Shown here piece by piece: positions 34,834-44,923 of a stretch of DNA of 64,000 nt. A program made the position numbers and the translations under genes. The stretch's first letter is position 1; the number at the start of each line of letters is the position of its first letter. The stretch covers positions 19,433 through 83,432 of the IMG/VR virus record IMGVR_UViG_3300027533_000015; one strand, given 5' to 3'. The notes beneath the pieces are model-generated. The model saw nothing but the letters and a program-made list of their open reading frames with translations. It was not told where the DNA came from and did not search any database. This stretch comes from a virus. Lineage: Duplodnaviria; Caudoviricetes.

Positions 34834-37800
34834 ATGCCTACAAGAGAACCTGATTATAAAGTTATCCCACAGGATATATCTGATGGTATTCATACTGATA
34901 ATGATCCATTGAATCAACCAAGGGGGACTTCAAGATATACCTTCTGTGGAGTGGATGAATCTATTACAGGTAAGCAAGGCAGCATCTCCAATGAAAGGTC
35001 TAATTATCTTGTAGGCAATATCACCAGTGGCTACAAGCCAATAGGAGACAGGTATATAGAAGATGATCTGAGTGTTATCCTCTCAGTCAATCCTGTTACT
35101 GGCTATGATGAGATTGGTATTATCACCAAAGACCACAGGTACACTACCTTAGTCTCCACCCAAGTCATAGGCTTTGATATCAGGCATCAATGTGAAATTG
35201 AATACAGGTTAAGAAGAGGCAGGGAGAGGGTCATCTACTGGGTGGATGCTCATAATGTAGCCAAGACCTATAATCTTGACAGGCCACATAACTTTTATAC
35301 TGTAGCCTATCAGGAATATTTAAAGGCAGGAGGTAATCCTGCTACTTATCCACTGGATAAATATGATGGTTCTTCCTTTGATCTTATTAAAGTTCCTGAC
35401 TCCATTCCTTCTTTTAGCAATGTGGAAATCTCTGAGACAGGTGCTATACTTCCCGGCTCTTATAACTTTGCTATCCAGCTTGTTGATGAAGACCTTAATC
35501 CCACAGAGTGGATAACCACTTCCAATATTGTCAGGATATTTAATGATCAGCTCACCTCTCCATTCCATACTATAAGAGGTAGCAGGAATACGAATACCAG
35601 TTCCCAGACATTCCCAAGAGCTAACAAATCCATTAAGCTGACCATTACTAATCTGGATAACTCTTATCCTTACTATAGAGTAGCTATTATCAGGGCTGCT
35701 GGCAATACAGGCAAGCCTGAAAAAGTCCTGATCTCTGACATCTATCCTACCAGTGACAGTCACTTTACTTATTCAGGTAATGATTCTGCATTAGCTGAAG
35801 GCACTCTTGAGGATATTCTTATAGACAATGAAGTGATCTTTGCTCCACAACACATCACACAGCTTGAGAACAGGGTACAGTTATATAATACCAAAGGTTC
35901 AGAATATAACTGGTGTGACTTTCAGAAGTTTGCTTCCAAGATTGGAGCTAATCTCACCACTAAACAGGTGATATTAAACAATGTATTATCTGAACCTAAT
36001 GTGAAGAATGCCAAGTCTACATTCATGTTTGGTGGTTATATGCCCGGAGAAGTATATTCATTTAGTGTTCACTATGTTTTTCCGGGAAATCTGGTCTCTC
36101 CTGGTTTTCATATTCCGGGAAAAGGCCCTGATAACCTCACTTCTCTTATGCAGGTTCATGAATTGAATACCTTTTATATTGACACTCATAATTGTAGCAC
36201 ATCTAACTATTGGGGTCTTGATGCAGATGGAAATACTTTAGTTAGCAAGAAGGTAAGACATCATAGATTTCCCTTCAGGAAAGATGTAAGTAAGCCACTG
36301 TTTACCAAGACAAGTGGAGTCACTAATATTAACAGGTATAGAGTGAAGGTTAAGATTAGTCTTAATCCAGCATGGACTCCGGGGCCAGTTGAGTTCCCTG
36401 AAGAAGGTGGACAGCCAGCAGTGATATCTTATTTATTTAATTATCAGGTCACTGGTTATCCAAATGTTGATACACTTAGTGGAAACTTAGTTGACACTGA
36501 TATGAATACTGAGATTATTATCTATGATGATCTTAATCCCCTTGATCTCATTGATCCACCAGAATATGCCCAGCTTGATCCCACTTGTGAATTAGCTGTT
36601 GAGTATCAGGATGTGGGTAATGAAAGGTTTCTACTGGATTTTACTTATGAAACCTATGTGGCTTCAAGCTCCATTGACAGTGATATATCTGAAATCTTTG
36701 GTATTGAATTCTTTAATATTGAGAAGCCTCACCCTGACTGCATTGGTATTTACATTATGCGTAATGAGAGAACTGAAGATGACAGGATCATTATTGATAA
36801 TGCCATCTTTGGGCCAATGACCAAGTATGAACAGTACAAGTCCTTTGGACTCATAATGCCTAAACAATACTATAATGTGGATAACTGTGGCAGGGTAGTG
36901 AATCCTACCAAGACCATAACTTACTGTGATAAGGAGATGTGGTTCTGGAATCCTGAGTTCCAGTTCCTGAATAAGAAAAGTGAATTTAACTTCATTGAGT
37001 TTGAAGGTATTTATGACCAGCTCTCTGTCAACATGCCAACCATATCCAACTTTACTGGCAGTAGTTGTAATGGTGGCCCACTTACAGGTGATAGCAATGA
37101 TTTTGAATATGGCAGTAAGGGAGTTTATGTAGAGGATGTACAGGCTGGAACAAGCTATAATCCTGAAGTACATAAGGGAAAAGACAAGACTGATGATGGA
37201 TTTGATTTGGTGATTGGTTACAGGAATACCAATGTTGGATATACACCAGTAGATGAAATAATGGAGGATAAGGACAGGGTGATATACCTGAGTGCAACCT
37301 CTTATCAGAATGTCAATGATAACACTTACTATAATGTATCAACAGATAACAAGATAGGAATGTATATCATGACTGATACATTTGATCCTGTGATATTCTA
37401 TGATCCTGCTACTACAAAGAACAAGTTAAGGTATGGCTCAATGATCAGGAATAATAATACCTCTTACAGTAACTTTATGACAAGGCCATACTACAAAGAG
37501 CATAATAACCCAATTCCATTCAGAACTAATACAGTGTTAAACGGCATTAAGATATTCAATGGTGATGCCAGTATAGGAGCTTTTAATTTTAATAGTAGTA
37601 TCTTTTATGATATGGTAGTGGCTGACCATGCCAAGAAGTCAAGAGTATGGAAGATTGTGGTAGGAGCTGTTCTCATAATAGCTGCTGTTGCTACTGCAAT
37701 TCTTGTACCTGGCCCCGGTGTAGGTGCTTCTACAGTTCTGGTTACAACAGCCTTAACTACTCTTGCTATCTCTTATGGAGTGTCTTTAGCCATGTCAGGT

Positions 37801-39672
37801 ATTAAGTTTGAGCAGATGAAATCCATGATTGATGTGGACTATGAGAAAGGACTTAAAGAAACAGTAGTAGACGGTGGAGTATATGAGACTGTCAGGGATA
37901 CTATTCAAACACATGATGATACTATAAGATGGTTTGCTGACAGGGTATCAAACCTGTACATTGAATCAGCCATTCCCATAGGTGTAAGGAGTGGACTGAC
38001 CTGTGGAGTTCCTGACTTCATGGATGCTCCTGTGGCTTATGATGAACCCGGATTCAGGACTTACCTCATTGAAAAACTAACTACCATAGATAGAGATCAG
38101 GGGTCTGGTAGAATGTATAAAGGGTATGCAACTGCGGAGTTTTATGATATTAACCTTGACTACATGAGGTTCAATAAGGAGAAGCTCTTTATACATCTCC
38201 CCCTTGAATATGATTGCTGCTCTGATAATATTGAAGTATTCCCTATGCGAGTCTGGTATTCTCAACAATCCTTTCAGGAAGAGAGGGTGGATAACTACAG
38301 GGTCTTCCTCCCCAACAACTACAGGGACATTGAAGGGGAACATGGTGAGATCACTGAAGCATACAGGTTGGGTAACAATCTCTTCATTCACACCAAGGAA
38401 GCCCTGTGGCATCTGCCTCAAAACAATCAGGAGAGAGTGACAGGGGAGATCATCTCCTTTGTAGGCACTGGTGAATTCTTTAGTGTGCCTCCAAGAAAAG
38501 TAGTGGATGATGATAATGGTTCAGGTGGTACTCAGCATAAGTGGGGAACAGTGAAGACTAAGTATGGAGTCTTCTTTGTAGATGAGATTGAGAATAAGAT
38601 TTACCTGCACAGTGATAAACTCAATGATCTTACCAAGGGTAATAAGAACTGGTTTAAGAATAACCTGAAGTCCTTCCTCTCTCACCAGCTATATATCAAA
38701 CTGGGAGTTGACTTTGGCAATAGGAATAATCCTGCTAACAGGGATGGCACTGGATATCTTTCAGCCTTTGATTCAAGGTATGAAAGAATACTGCTGACCA
38801 AGAAGGATTACCTTGTTGTCCCAGACAAACTGGCTACCCTGGTTTTGCTTGAAGCCATACCCTCCACCAATGTATTCGCCTATAACTCCAGCAATGGACT
38901 ATTCTATCAGGGCAGTACTGTTATTCACTTGGATAATCAGGACTACTTTGAGAACAGATCATGGACAATGAGTTATTCATTCCACAGGAATAAATGGAGA
39001 GGCTGGCATCCTTACCTGCCTAACTACTATGTGCATGGCAAGAGTAACCTGTATTCCTTTATTTTTTCATCTGATGGCATCTGGAAGCATAACAGGGATA
39101 ATCACTTCCAGACCTTCTATACTTATTACTTTCCCTTTATTGTTGAGTATGTCAATAATAATAATCCCTTAAGCACTTCCATTACTGAAGACCTTACTCT
39201 TCAGACAAGAGCTTACACATGGGATGCAGCAAAGAATGAGTTCATTGAACAGGACTACATTACCTTCAATAAGATACTGGCATGGAATGGAAGGCAGAGT
39301 TCAGGAGAGCAGGTCATGATTGTAAAAGATACACAACCCAATAATCAGAACTGGCTACAGCAACAGATCATTAATAATCCGGGAACTGTTCTCATTACTA
39401 AAAAAGAGAAGAACTGGAACATTAATGACCTGAGAGACTATGTGATAGACTATGATAAACCACTGTTTGATTCCTCATGGAATGCCATTAAAAGTACCTA
39501 TCCCATTGACAAAGTAGTAAACCCTGCCTCTATCAGTCTGGCAAAACCTTGGCAGGACTTACAAAACTTTAGGGACAAATATGTTGTAATCAGATTAAAA
39601 TTTGATAGCTTCGATTATGTTAATTTGATTATGAATTATTCACTTGAAACTGAACAAGATTCATCCAGATAA
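34834..39672 (+). CDS. tail stabilization/muzzle protein (P22 gp10-like)
   Basis: 1612 aa; NYRVFLPNNYRDI..GEIT, SWTMSYS..W.GWHPYLP and FRDKYVVIRL motifs. Confidence 0.85.
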   Translation: MPTREPDYKVIPQDISDGIHTDNDPLNQPRGTSRYTFCGVDESITGKQGSISNERSNYLVGNITSGYKPIGDRYIEDDLSVILSVNPVTGYDEIGIITKDHRYTTLVSTQVIGFDIRHQCEIEYRLRRGRERVIYWVDAHNVAKTYNLDRPHNFYTVAYQEYLKAGGNPATYPLDKYDGSSFDLIKVPDSIPSFSNVEISETGAILPGSYNFAIQLVDEDLNPTEWITTSNIVRIFNDQLTSPFHTIRGSRNTNTSSQTFPRANKSIKLTITNLDNSYPYYRVAIIRAAGNTGKPEKVLISDIYPTSDSHFTYSGNDSALAEGTLEDILIDNEVIFAPQHITQLENRVQLYNTKGSEYNWCDFQKFASKIGANLTTKQVILNNVLSEPNVKNAKSTFMFGGYMPGEVYSFSVHYVFPGNLVSPGFHIPGKGPDNLTSLMQVHELNTFYIDTHNCSTSNYWGLDADGNTLVSKKVRHHRFPFRKDVSKPLFTKTSGVTNINRYRVKVKISLNPAWTPGPVEFPEEGGQPAVISYLFNYQVTGYPNVDTLSGNLVDTDMNTEIIIYDDLNPLDLIDPPEYAQLDPTCELAVEYQDVGNERFLLDFTYETYVASSSIDSDISEIFGIEFFNIEKPHPDCIGIYIMRNERTEDDRIIIDNAIFGPMTKYEQYKSFGLIMPKQYYNVDNCGRVVNPTKTITYCDKEMWFWNPEFQFLNKKSEFNFIEFEGIYDQLSVNMPTISNFTGSSCNGGPLTGDSNDFEYGSKGVYVEDVQAGTSYNPEVHKGKDKTDDGFDLVIGYRNTNVGYTPVDEIMEDKDRVIYLSATSYQNVNDNTYYNVSTDNKIGMYIMTDTFDPVIFYDPATTKNKLRYGSMIRNNNTSYSNFMTRPYYKEHNNPIPFRTNTVLNGIKIFNGDASIGAFNFNSSIFYDMVVADHAKKSRVWKIVVGAVLIIAAVATAILVPGPGVGASTVLVTTALTTLAISYGVSLAMSGIKFEQMKSMIDVDYEKGLKETVVDGGVYETVRDTIQTHDDTIRWFADRVSNLYIESAIPIGVRSGLTCGVPDFMDAPVAYDEPGFRTYLIEKLTTIDRDQGSGRMYKGYATAEFYDINLDYMRFNKEKLFIHLPLEYDCCSDNIEVFPMRVWYSQQSFQEERVDNYRVFLPNNYRDIEGEHGEITEAYRLGNNLFIHTKEALWHLPQNNQERVTGEIISFVGTGEFFSVPPRKVVDDDNGSGGTQHKWGTVKTKYGVFFVDEIENKIYLHSDKLNDLTKGNKNWFKNNLKSFLSHQLYIKLGVDFGNRNNPANRDGTGYLSAFDSRYERILLTKKDYLVVPDKLATLVLLEAIPSTNVFAYNSSNGLFYQGSTVIHLDNQDYFENRSWTMSYSFHRNKWRGWHPYLPNYYVHGKSNLYSFIFSSDGIWKHNRDNHFQTFYTYYFPFIVEYVNNNNPLSTSITEDLTLQTRAYTWDAAKNEFIEQDYITFNKILAWNGRQSSGEQVMIVKDTQPNNQNWLQQQIINNPGTVLITKKEKNWNINDLRDYVIDYDKPLFDSSWNAIKSTYPIDKVVNPASISLAKPWQDLQNFRDKYVVIRLKFDSFDYVNLIMNYSLETEQDSSR

Positions 39673-39693
39673 TTAACTTAACTACATCCCCAC

Positions 39694-42189
39694 ATGAAAA
39701 AGTCAACCAATAAATTAAGGAGAAGAGCATATCCTTTTGGTGGTCAGGTAGGATTAGCCTTGGCTCAACAAGCTCCCAATGTACTGGATACACTCATTGG
39801 TGCATTAGAGGGTGGTGGAAATAACAAGTACTCCAAAGAGCCTTTGGTCAATGCAGCAGCTATGAGAGGTATGGTAAGCCCTTATGCTTATGGTGGTGAG
39901 GCAGATGGAGAGGAAATGGCACCAGAACAATTAGCTGAGCTTCAGGCTATGGCAGAGGAGAATGGTGTCACTGTTGAGGAAATGATGCAGATGTTGCAGG
40001 AGCAACAGGATGCTGCTATGAGTGAAGAGCAGGCAGCAACTAATCCTTATGGTGAAGATATGTCCCTTGATGAGATGCAGGAGGAGGAGATGATGCAGGA
40101 AGAAGAAGGAATGACTGATGAAGGAATAACTGAAGAAGAAGCTGCTATGCAACAGGCAGCTCTGGAACAGGCACAGGGAGAACAGGAGGAAGAGACAGGT
40201 GGGATATTCAAATATGGTGGTATCCACATCAAGAAAGCCAACAGGGGTAAGTTTACTGCTTCTGCTAAGAAAGCTGGCATGGGTGTGCAAGCCTATGCAA
40301 AGAAAGTATTAGCCAGCCCCAATGCTTCAGCTACTCAGAAGAAGAGAGCCAACTTTGCAAGGAATGCAGCCAAGTGGAAACATGCCTATGGTGGATATGC
40401 TGGCCCTGATGATCCAGTTATTGATCCACGTTTTGCTATGATGAATAAACCAGTAGTGGATAGTTTCAAAGAGTATTTTCCCATGCCAGTGGGAGCATCT
40501 CCTGCTACAACAAGAAGGTTAGCCAGAACAACACTTGCTCCTGTTTCAGATACAGTAAGAGCACTAAATGAGTACAGGGCATTAGAAGGGAAATCCCCTC
40601 TGCCTGCTGATTACAAATCTGGAGAAGTAGAGACATTTACTCCTGAAGGAAAAGAGATGCTTGATGAGATATACAGGATTAAGCAGGAAAACTTTAAAAA
40701 CCTTCCTATAGATCAGCAAATGAGAAGACAGTATAATCGTAAGTTTAATGAGAAGTATATGGCCTATGGTGGCAGAGCTGATGCTGCTATTGAAGTAGAA
40801 GGTAAGGAAGCAATTGAAACTCCTGATGGAAGAGTAGGCAAGGTCAGAGGCCCATCTCATGGTGATGGTGGTGTTGACCTTGATGTGCCATCAGGTACAA
40901 AGATATTCTCTGACAGGATAAAGATTGATGGTAAGACAATGGCTCAGAGAAAACTGTCAAGGGAAAGGCAAATGACCAAGCTGGATAAATTAGCCAAGGC
41001 TAATCCCTTTGATAAGTTACTGCAAGGAACTATTCAGAGAACTGCTGAAGTAACAGAGATGGAAGATCAGAAGGACATGGCTATCCAGAAGATAGCTTCT
41101 GCAAACATGGCTGCTCCTGAACCTGAAGAAGTAGTGGCAGAGGATATGGGACAGGGCTTTGCTTATGGGGGAAGAGTAAGACCACGATATCAGTTTGGTA
41201 ATGTTGTTGACCCAAGGTTTGCTTATGATACAAGTACTCTTCCTATAAGAGGTGCTGCTGGAATCAATCCTATGATGTTTCCAAGAGATGCTATGTCTGG
41301 TTCTCCAACATTCTCTCCTGTTCCTAATACTCCTGTCAGTACTGACTATGCAGGCTATATGAATAATTGGCTCAGGGATACTGCAACTCCAACTCCAACA
41401 AGATTGGATAAGCTGGCATTACGTCAAAGAGGTGTTACAAGAATGCCAGCAGCAGCACCAAAGGATTTTAGCTTTGATACTTCAAGGGCAGTGAAAGGTA
41501 TTCCAAGAAGAACTGGAATGGAGATGGTATATACACCTCCTGCTGAAGAACCTTCAAGACCCGGAGACTTAACTCTTGGAGATTATGTAGGCATGGGCAG
41601 CAGTGCCTTTGGTGCTATATCAGGGGTGATGAACACCAGAGCCAATGCAAGAGGTAACAGGCCAAATGTAAACAGGTGGCAGGGCTTTGGAAGAGAAGCT
41701 ATTGAGGATAATATGAAGGCGCAGGATATAGCTTCAGGGTTAAGGACATCAGCCTTAACAGATATTGATACTTCATCACAGGCTGCAAGGAACAGGATAA
41801 GGAACTCTGCACAGTCTGTTAATACTGTCAGGGCTATGGATACCATCACAGAGGCAGGAGCTAATAAGGCAAGAGGAACTGCCACTGATGCTTTCACCAG
41901 ACAGATGATGGGCCTTCTTGGGCAAAAATCCCAGTTGGAGAATATTCAGGATACAAGGGTGATGATGGGTGAAGATAAAAGAGACTTGGAGGATAAGGGT
42001 GACAGGGATAACTACTATTCCAACATGGCAAGGAACCTTGCTGATATCAGCACCACTGGACAGGCAATGGGAAGGAATCTTAATATCTCAAGGAGTAATA
42101 TGGTTGATGCAGAACTACTGGGTCAGCAGTCTGAATTCTTTGAATATGATAACAGAGGCAGGCTGATCAATAAGAGAAAAAGAACATAA
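39694..42189 (+). CDS. virion cargo protein with repeated (A/K)YGG motifs
   Basis: IHIKKANRGKFT...RANFARNAAKW domain; EVEGKE...GPSHGDGGV...IFSDR domain; follows the muzzle gene. Confidence 0.75.
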   Translation: MKKSTNKLRRRAYPFGGQVGLALAQQAPNVLDTLIGALEGGGNNKYSKEPLVNAAAMRGMVSPYAYGGEADGEEMAPEQLAELQAMAEENGVTVEEMMQMLQEQQDAAMSEEQAATNPYGEDMSLDEMQEEEMMQEEEGMTDEGITEEEAAMQQAALEQAQGEQEEETGGIFKYGGIHIKKANRGKFTASAKKAGMGVQAYAKKVLASPNASATQKKRANFARNAAKWKHAYGGYAGPDDPVIDPRFAMMNKPVVDSFKEYFPMPVGASPATTRRLARTTLAPVSDTVRALNEYRALEGKSPLPADYKSGEVETFTPEGKEMLDEIYRIKQENFKNLPIDQQMRRQYNRKFNEKYMAYGGRADAAIEVEGKEAIETPDGRVGKVRGPSHGDGGVDLDVPSGTKIFSDRIKIDGKTMAQRKLSRERQMTKLDKLAKANPFDKLLQGTIQRTAEVTEMEDQKDMAIQKIASANMAAPEPEEVVAEDMGQGFAYGGRVRPRYQFGNVVDPRFAYDTSTLPIRGAAGINPMMFPRDAMSGSPTFSPVPNTPVSTDYAGYMNNWLRDTATPTPTRLDKLALRQRGVTRMPAAAPKDFSFDTSRAVKGIPRRTGMEMVYTPPAEEPSRPGDLTLGDYVGMGSSAFGAISGVMNTRANARGNRPNVNRWQGFGREAIEDNMKAQDIASGLRTSALTDIDTSSQAARNRIRNSAQSVNTVRAMDTITEAGANKARGTATDAFTRQMMGLLGQKSQLENIQDTRVMMGEDKRDLEDKGDRDNYYSNMARNLADISTTGQAMGRNLNISRSNMVDAELLGQQSEFFEYDNRGRLINKRKRT

Positions 42190-42205
42190 ATCCCTTTAAT
42201 ATATT

Positions 42206-44923
42206 ATGGCTAGATTTTACAAAACAGCTAGTGCAACTCCTCTGGATTATATGTACAAGCTGAATGTCCCTCTCATGGAGAGAACTATCAAGGCCAATGA
42301 TGCATTTGTCAATCAGAATCTTGCTGCCAGTGCTCAGCTTGAAACATTAGGTACTACTTTCCCTTATGGTATAGATGATGAGCAGAGGGCCAAAGAAATA
42401 GCTGCTGGATATTCAGGTAAAGCTAATGCTATTGTTGATGCTATAAGAGCTGATCCTGTTAATTGGAGAAAGCAAAGAGACCCTATCAGGGGATTATCCA
42501 GAGAGCTTCAGGCTGACTTCAAGACAGGTGAAATATCCAAGATAGGACAAACACAGGCTGAATTCAAAAAGGCTTTTGATGCTATAGATGAAATGGGAAA
42601 AGAGTATGCCAAGTCAGGTAAGGGTCTTGCTGCCAATGAAGTAATGGCCTTCAAGTCTGACATGCTTAAGAAGTACAGGGCAGCAGCAGCAGCAAGAGGT
42701 AAGGTAGGTACTGGTTATGATCCCACTACAGGAGAGTACACCAGTACTGCTGGTAGTCTGTACACTCCTATGGCTAACATTGATATACGCAAAGCTATAG
42801 GTGATGAAATGGCAAAGATCAAAGCTGATGCCAATAAGTACAGAAAGGACTTAGTAACAGGACAGGAATGGTACTTTGATGAGCAGCAAAGATCATGGAA
42901 AGGTGTCACTCCTGAAAGATTATTGACCATAGCTGCTGCAAGATTACAAGACCCGCAATACCAAAGTTACCTGAGACAAAGACAGGATGTAGGTCTTATG
43001 CAAAACGTATTTGATGAGGAGGGTAAGTTTATTGCTCCTTATAGTTATGGAGATGTGAAGGTATCAGCAAAGGAACAGCAGAATATAGAGGCCATGAAAG
43101 CTGCAATGGCTAAAGAGAAAAGACCTGCTCAGAAAGCAGCACTTAAGGCTCAACTGGAACAATATGAATCTGACCTGAAGGAAAGATCACAGGTGAACTG
43201 GAGTGATAAGAGTTCTCTTACCCCAATGATACAAGGTCTCATTGCACAACATGCATGGAAAGAGACTGATGACTTTGATAAGCTGAGGGCTAATCCTGCT
43301 GGTGCTGCTAAGATGAATGAAGCTGGAAGGAATAGAAGACAAGGTTTGCAGATAGCCAGTAATGAAAGGATTGCTGCTGGAAGAGAAGGAGGATTGGCAG
43401 CAAGACATGCAGATAAGATGAAACTGGATTGGGCAACCCATGTGAGATTAGGTGGTGTTATGCCAGATACACCACTGGAGGATTCAAGTACAACAAGAAT
43501 AGCAACTAATTCCTTTAGAGGAATTAAGACTACAGATAAGAATACAGGAGGGGAGGTGGATAAGTTTTCTGTGGCTGGCATGTCCTCAGATATTGATAAG
43601 CACAAGAAGGAGATTACTGATATGAGTAATGCACTTAAGACCATTGACTATCAACAAAAAAGCCTGTTGGGTAACAGGAGGAAAGCAGACCTTCTTCCAG
43701 CAGAGCTTGCTACTTACAATACCTTGGAAGTACAGAAACAACAGCTTCAAAGAGAAATACCCAAAGTGCAGGGCCAGCTTGATACAGAGAGAGGATATTA
43801 TAAAGATGTTGATGAGAAGGTACTGGCTAATGATCCTCTTTCAATGACACAGGGTGATAAGCCTCTTACTCCAAGACAGATAGAGATATATAATGAGTTC
43901 AAGGGTAATACAAAGCTTCAGGAATTTGCCCTGACTCTTAAATCAGAGGGTGCTTTTAGTGGTGCTTCCAGTTATCCCGGTGCTTATATGAATCCAGCAG
44001 GACAGTCAACTGCTGAAAGATTAATGACAGGTTCTCCGGAGATGTTAGCTAATAAAGAAAAATATTCTGAAATTCTGCAGGTAATAAATGAGGTGAATAA
44101 AAGAAGGGATAATGTATTCAACACTATAAAGAGCCAGACTATAAGCAGCAATGCTGTCAATCTTGGCAGAGAAGATAGCAGGATTATAGGTTCAGCTATT
44201 TTTAATAATCCACAGGGAATATCAATCACTGATAACAGGGGATTACCAACTGATATAGATGAGATGGAAGGTAAAGGAGTTTCCTGGTTCAAAGGAAAGA
44301 AGGATAATTATAACATGACATTAAAGGAAGGTGGAGGTACTAATCTTATTAAATACCTGAATGATCATCCAGATGTTACTTACACTGCAAGAGCAGTGGG
44401 TACTACCACTGGTATTGGTAAGGGTGGTGCAGTGGTAGAAATGACATTCAATGATCCTAATGGAGAGATTCCCAAGAGTCCTTTCTATTTTGAGCTTAGT
44501 CCTGAAGTACAACAAACTGTCAGTAACAGGCTGGTGCATAATAAAGACCTTAATGTTCAGCAGATAGGTAAGAACTTAGGAGATGCTGAAGCCAATGATA
44601 TAAGAAGGCAACTGGCTATTCCTAATATATACAGAGAGGCAGGTTCAGAGGGGCTGAATGATGGTATTACCCATAGAATAACTATTCATGAGGGGCAGAC
44701 AGATATTCCACTTCAGGTAACAAGATACACACATAATGGTGAAGAGTTTCTGAATATACAGATGACAACAGTTGATGGAGGGCTTAAGCCATTGGGTGCT
44801 CCCCCCAAGGGAAAACCACAAGACCCAAAATCTCTGCCTCCTTCAGGTATGCCGGGAGTATTCAGGGATGGTGAAGACTTTATTCAATATCTCAGAGAAC
44901 AAAGAGCCAGAGTACAAAAATGA
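42206..44923 (+). CDS. putative virion cargo/ejection protein (905 aa)
   Basis: Helical; lies between the first cargo gene and the RNAP. Confidence 0.65.
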   Translation: MARFYKTASATPLDYMYKLNVPLMERTIKANDAFVNQNLAASAQLETLGTTFPYGIDDEQRAKEIAAGYSGKANAIVDAIRADPVNWRKQRDPIRGLSRELQADFKTGEISKIGQTQAEFKKAFDAIDEMGKEYAKSGKGLAANEVMAFKSDMLKKYRAAAAARGKVGTGYDPTTGEYTSTAGSLYTPMANIDIRKAIGDEMAKIKADANKYRKDLVTGQEWYFDEQQRSWKGVTPERLLTIAAARLQDPQYQSYLRQRQDVGLMQNVFDEEGKFIAPYSYGDVKVSAKEQQNIEAMKAAMAKEKRPAQKAALKAQLEQYESDLKERSQVNWSDKSSLTPMIQGLIAQHAWKETDDFDKLRANPAGAAKMNEAGRNRRQGLQIASNERIAAGREGGLAARHADKMKLDWATHVRLGGVMPDTPLEDSSTTRIATNSFRGIKTTDKNTGGEVDKFSVAGMSSDIDKHKKEITDMSNALKTIDYQQKSLLGNRRKADLLPAELATYNTLEVQKQQLQREIPKVQGQLDTERGYYKDVDEKVLANDPLSMTQGDKPLTPRQIEIYNEFKGNTKLQEFALTLKSEGAFSGASSYPGAYMNPAGQSTAERLMTGSPEMLANKEKYSEILQVINEVNKRRDNVFNTIKSQTISSNAVNLGREDSRIIGSAIFNNPQGISITDNRGLPTDIDEMEGKGVSWFKGKKDNYNMTLKEGGGTNLIKYLNDHPDVTYTARAVGTTTGIGKGGAVVEMTFNDPNGEIPKSPFYFELSPEVQQTVSNRLVHNKDLNVQQIGKNLGDAEANDIRRQLAIPNIYREAGSEGLNDGITHRITIHEGQTDIPLQVTRYTHNGEEFLNIQMTTVDGGLKPLGAPPKGKPQDPKSLPPSGMPGVFRDGEDFIQYLREQRARVQK

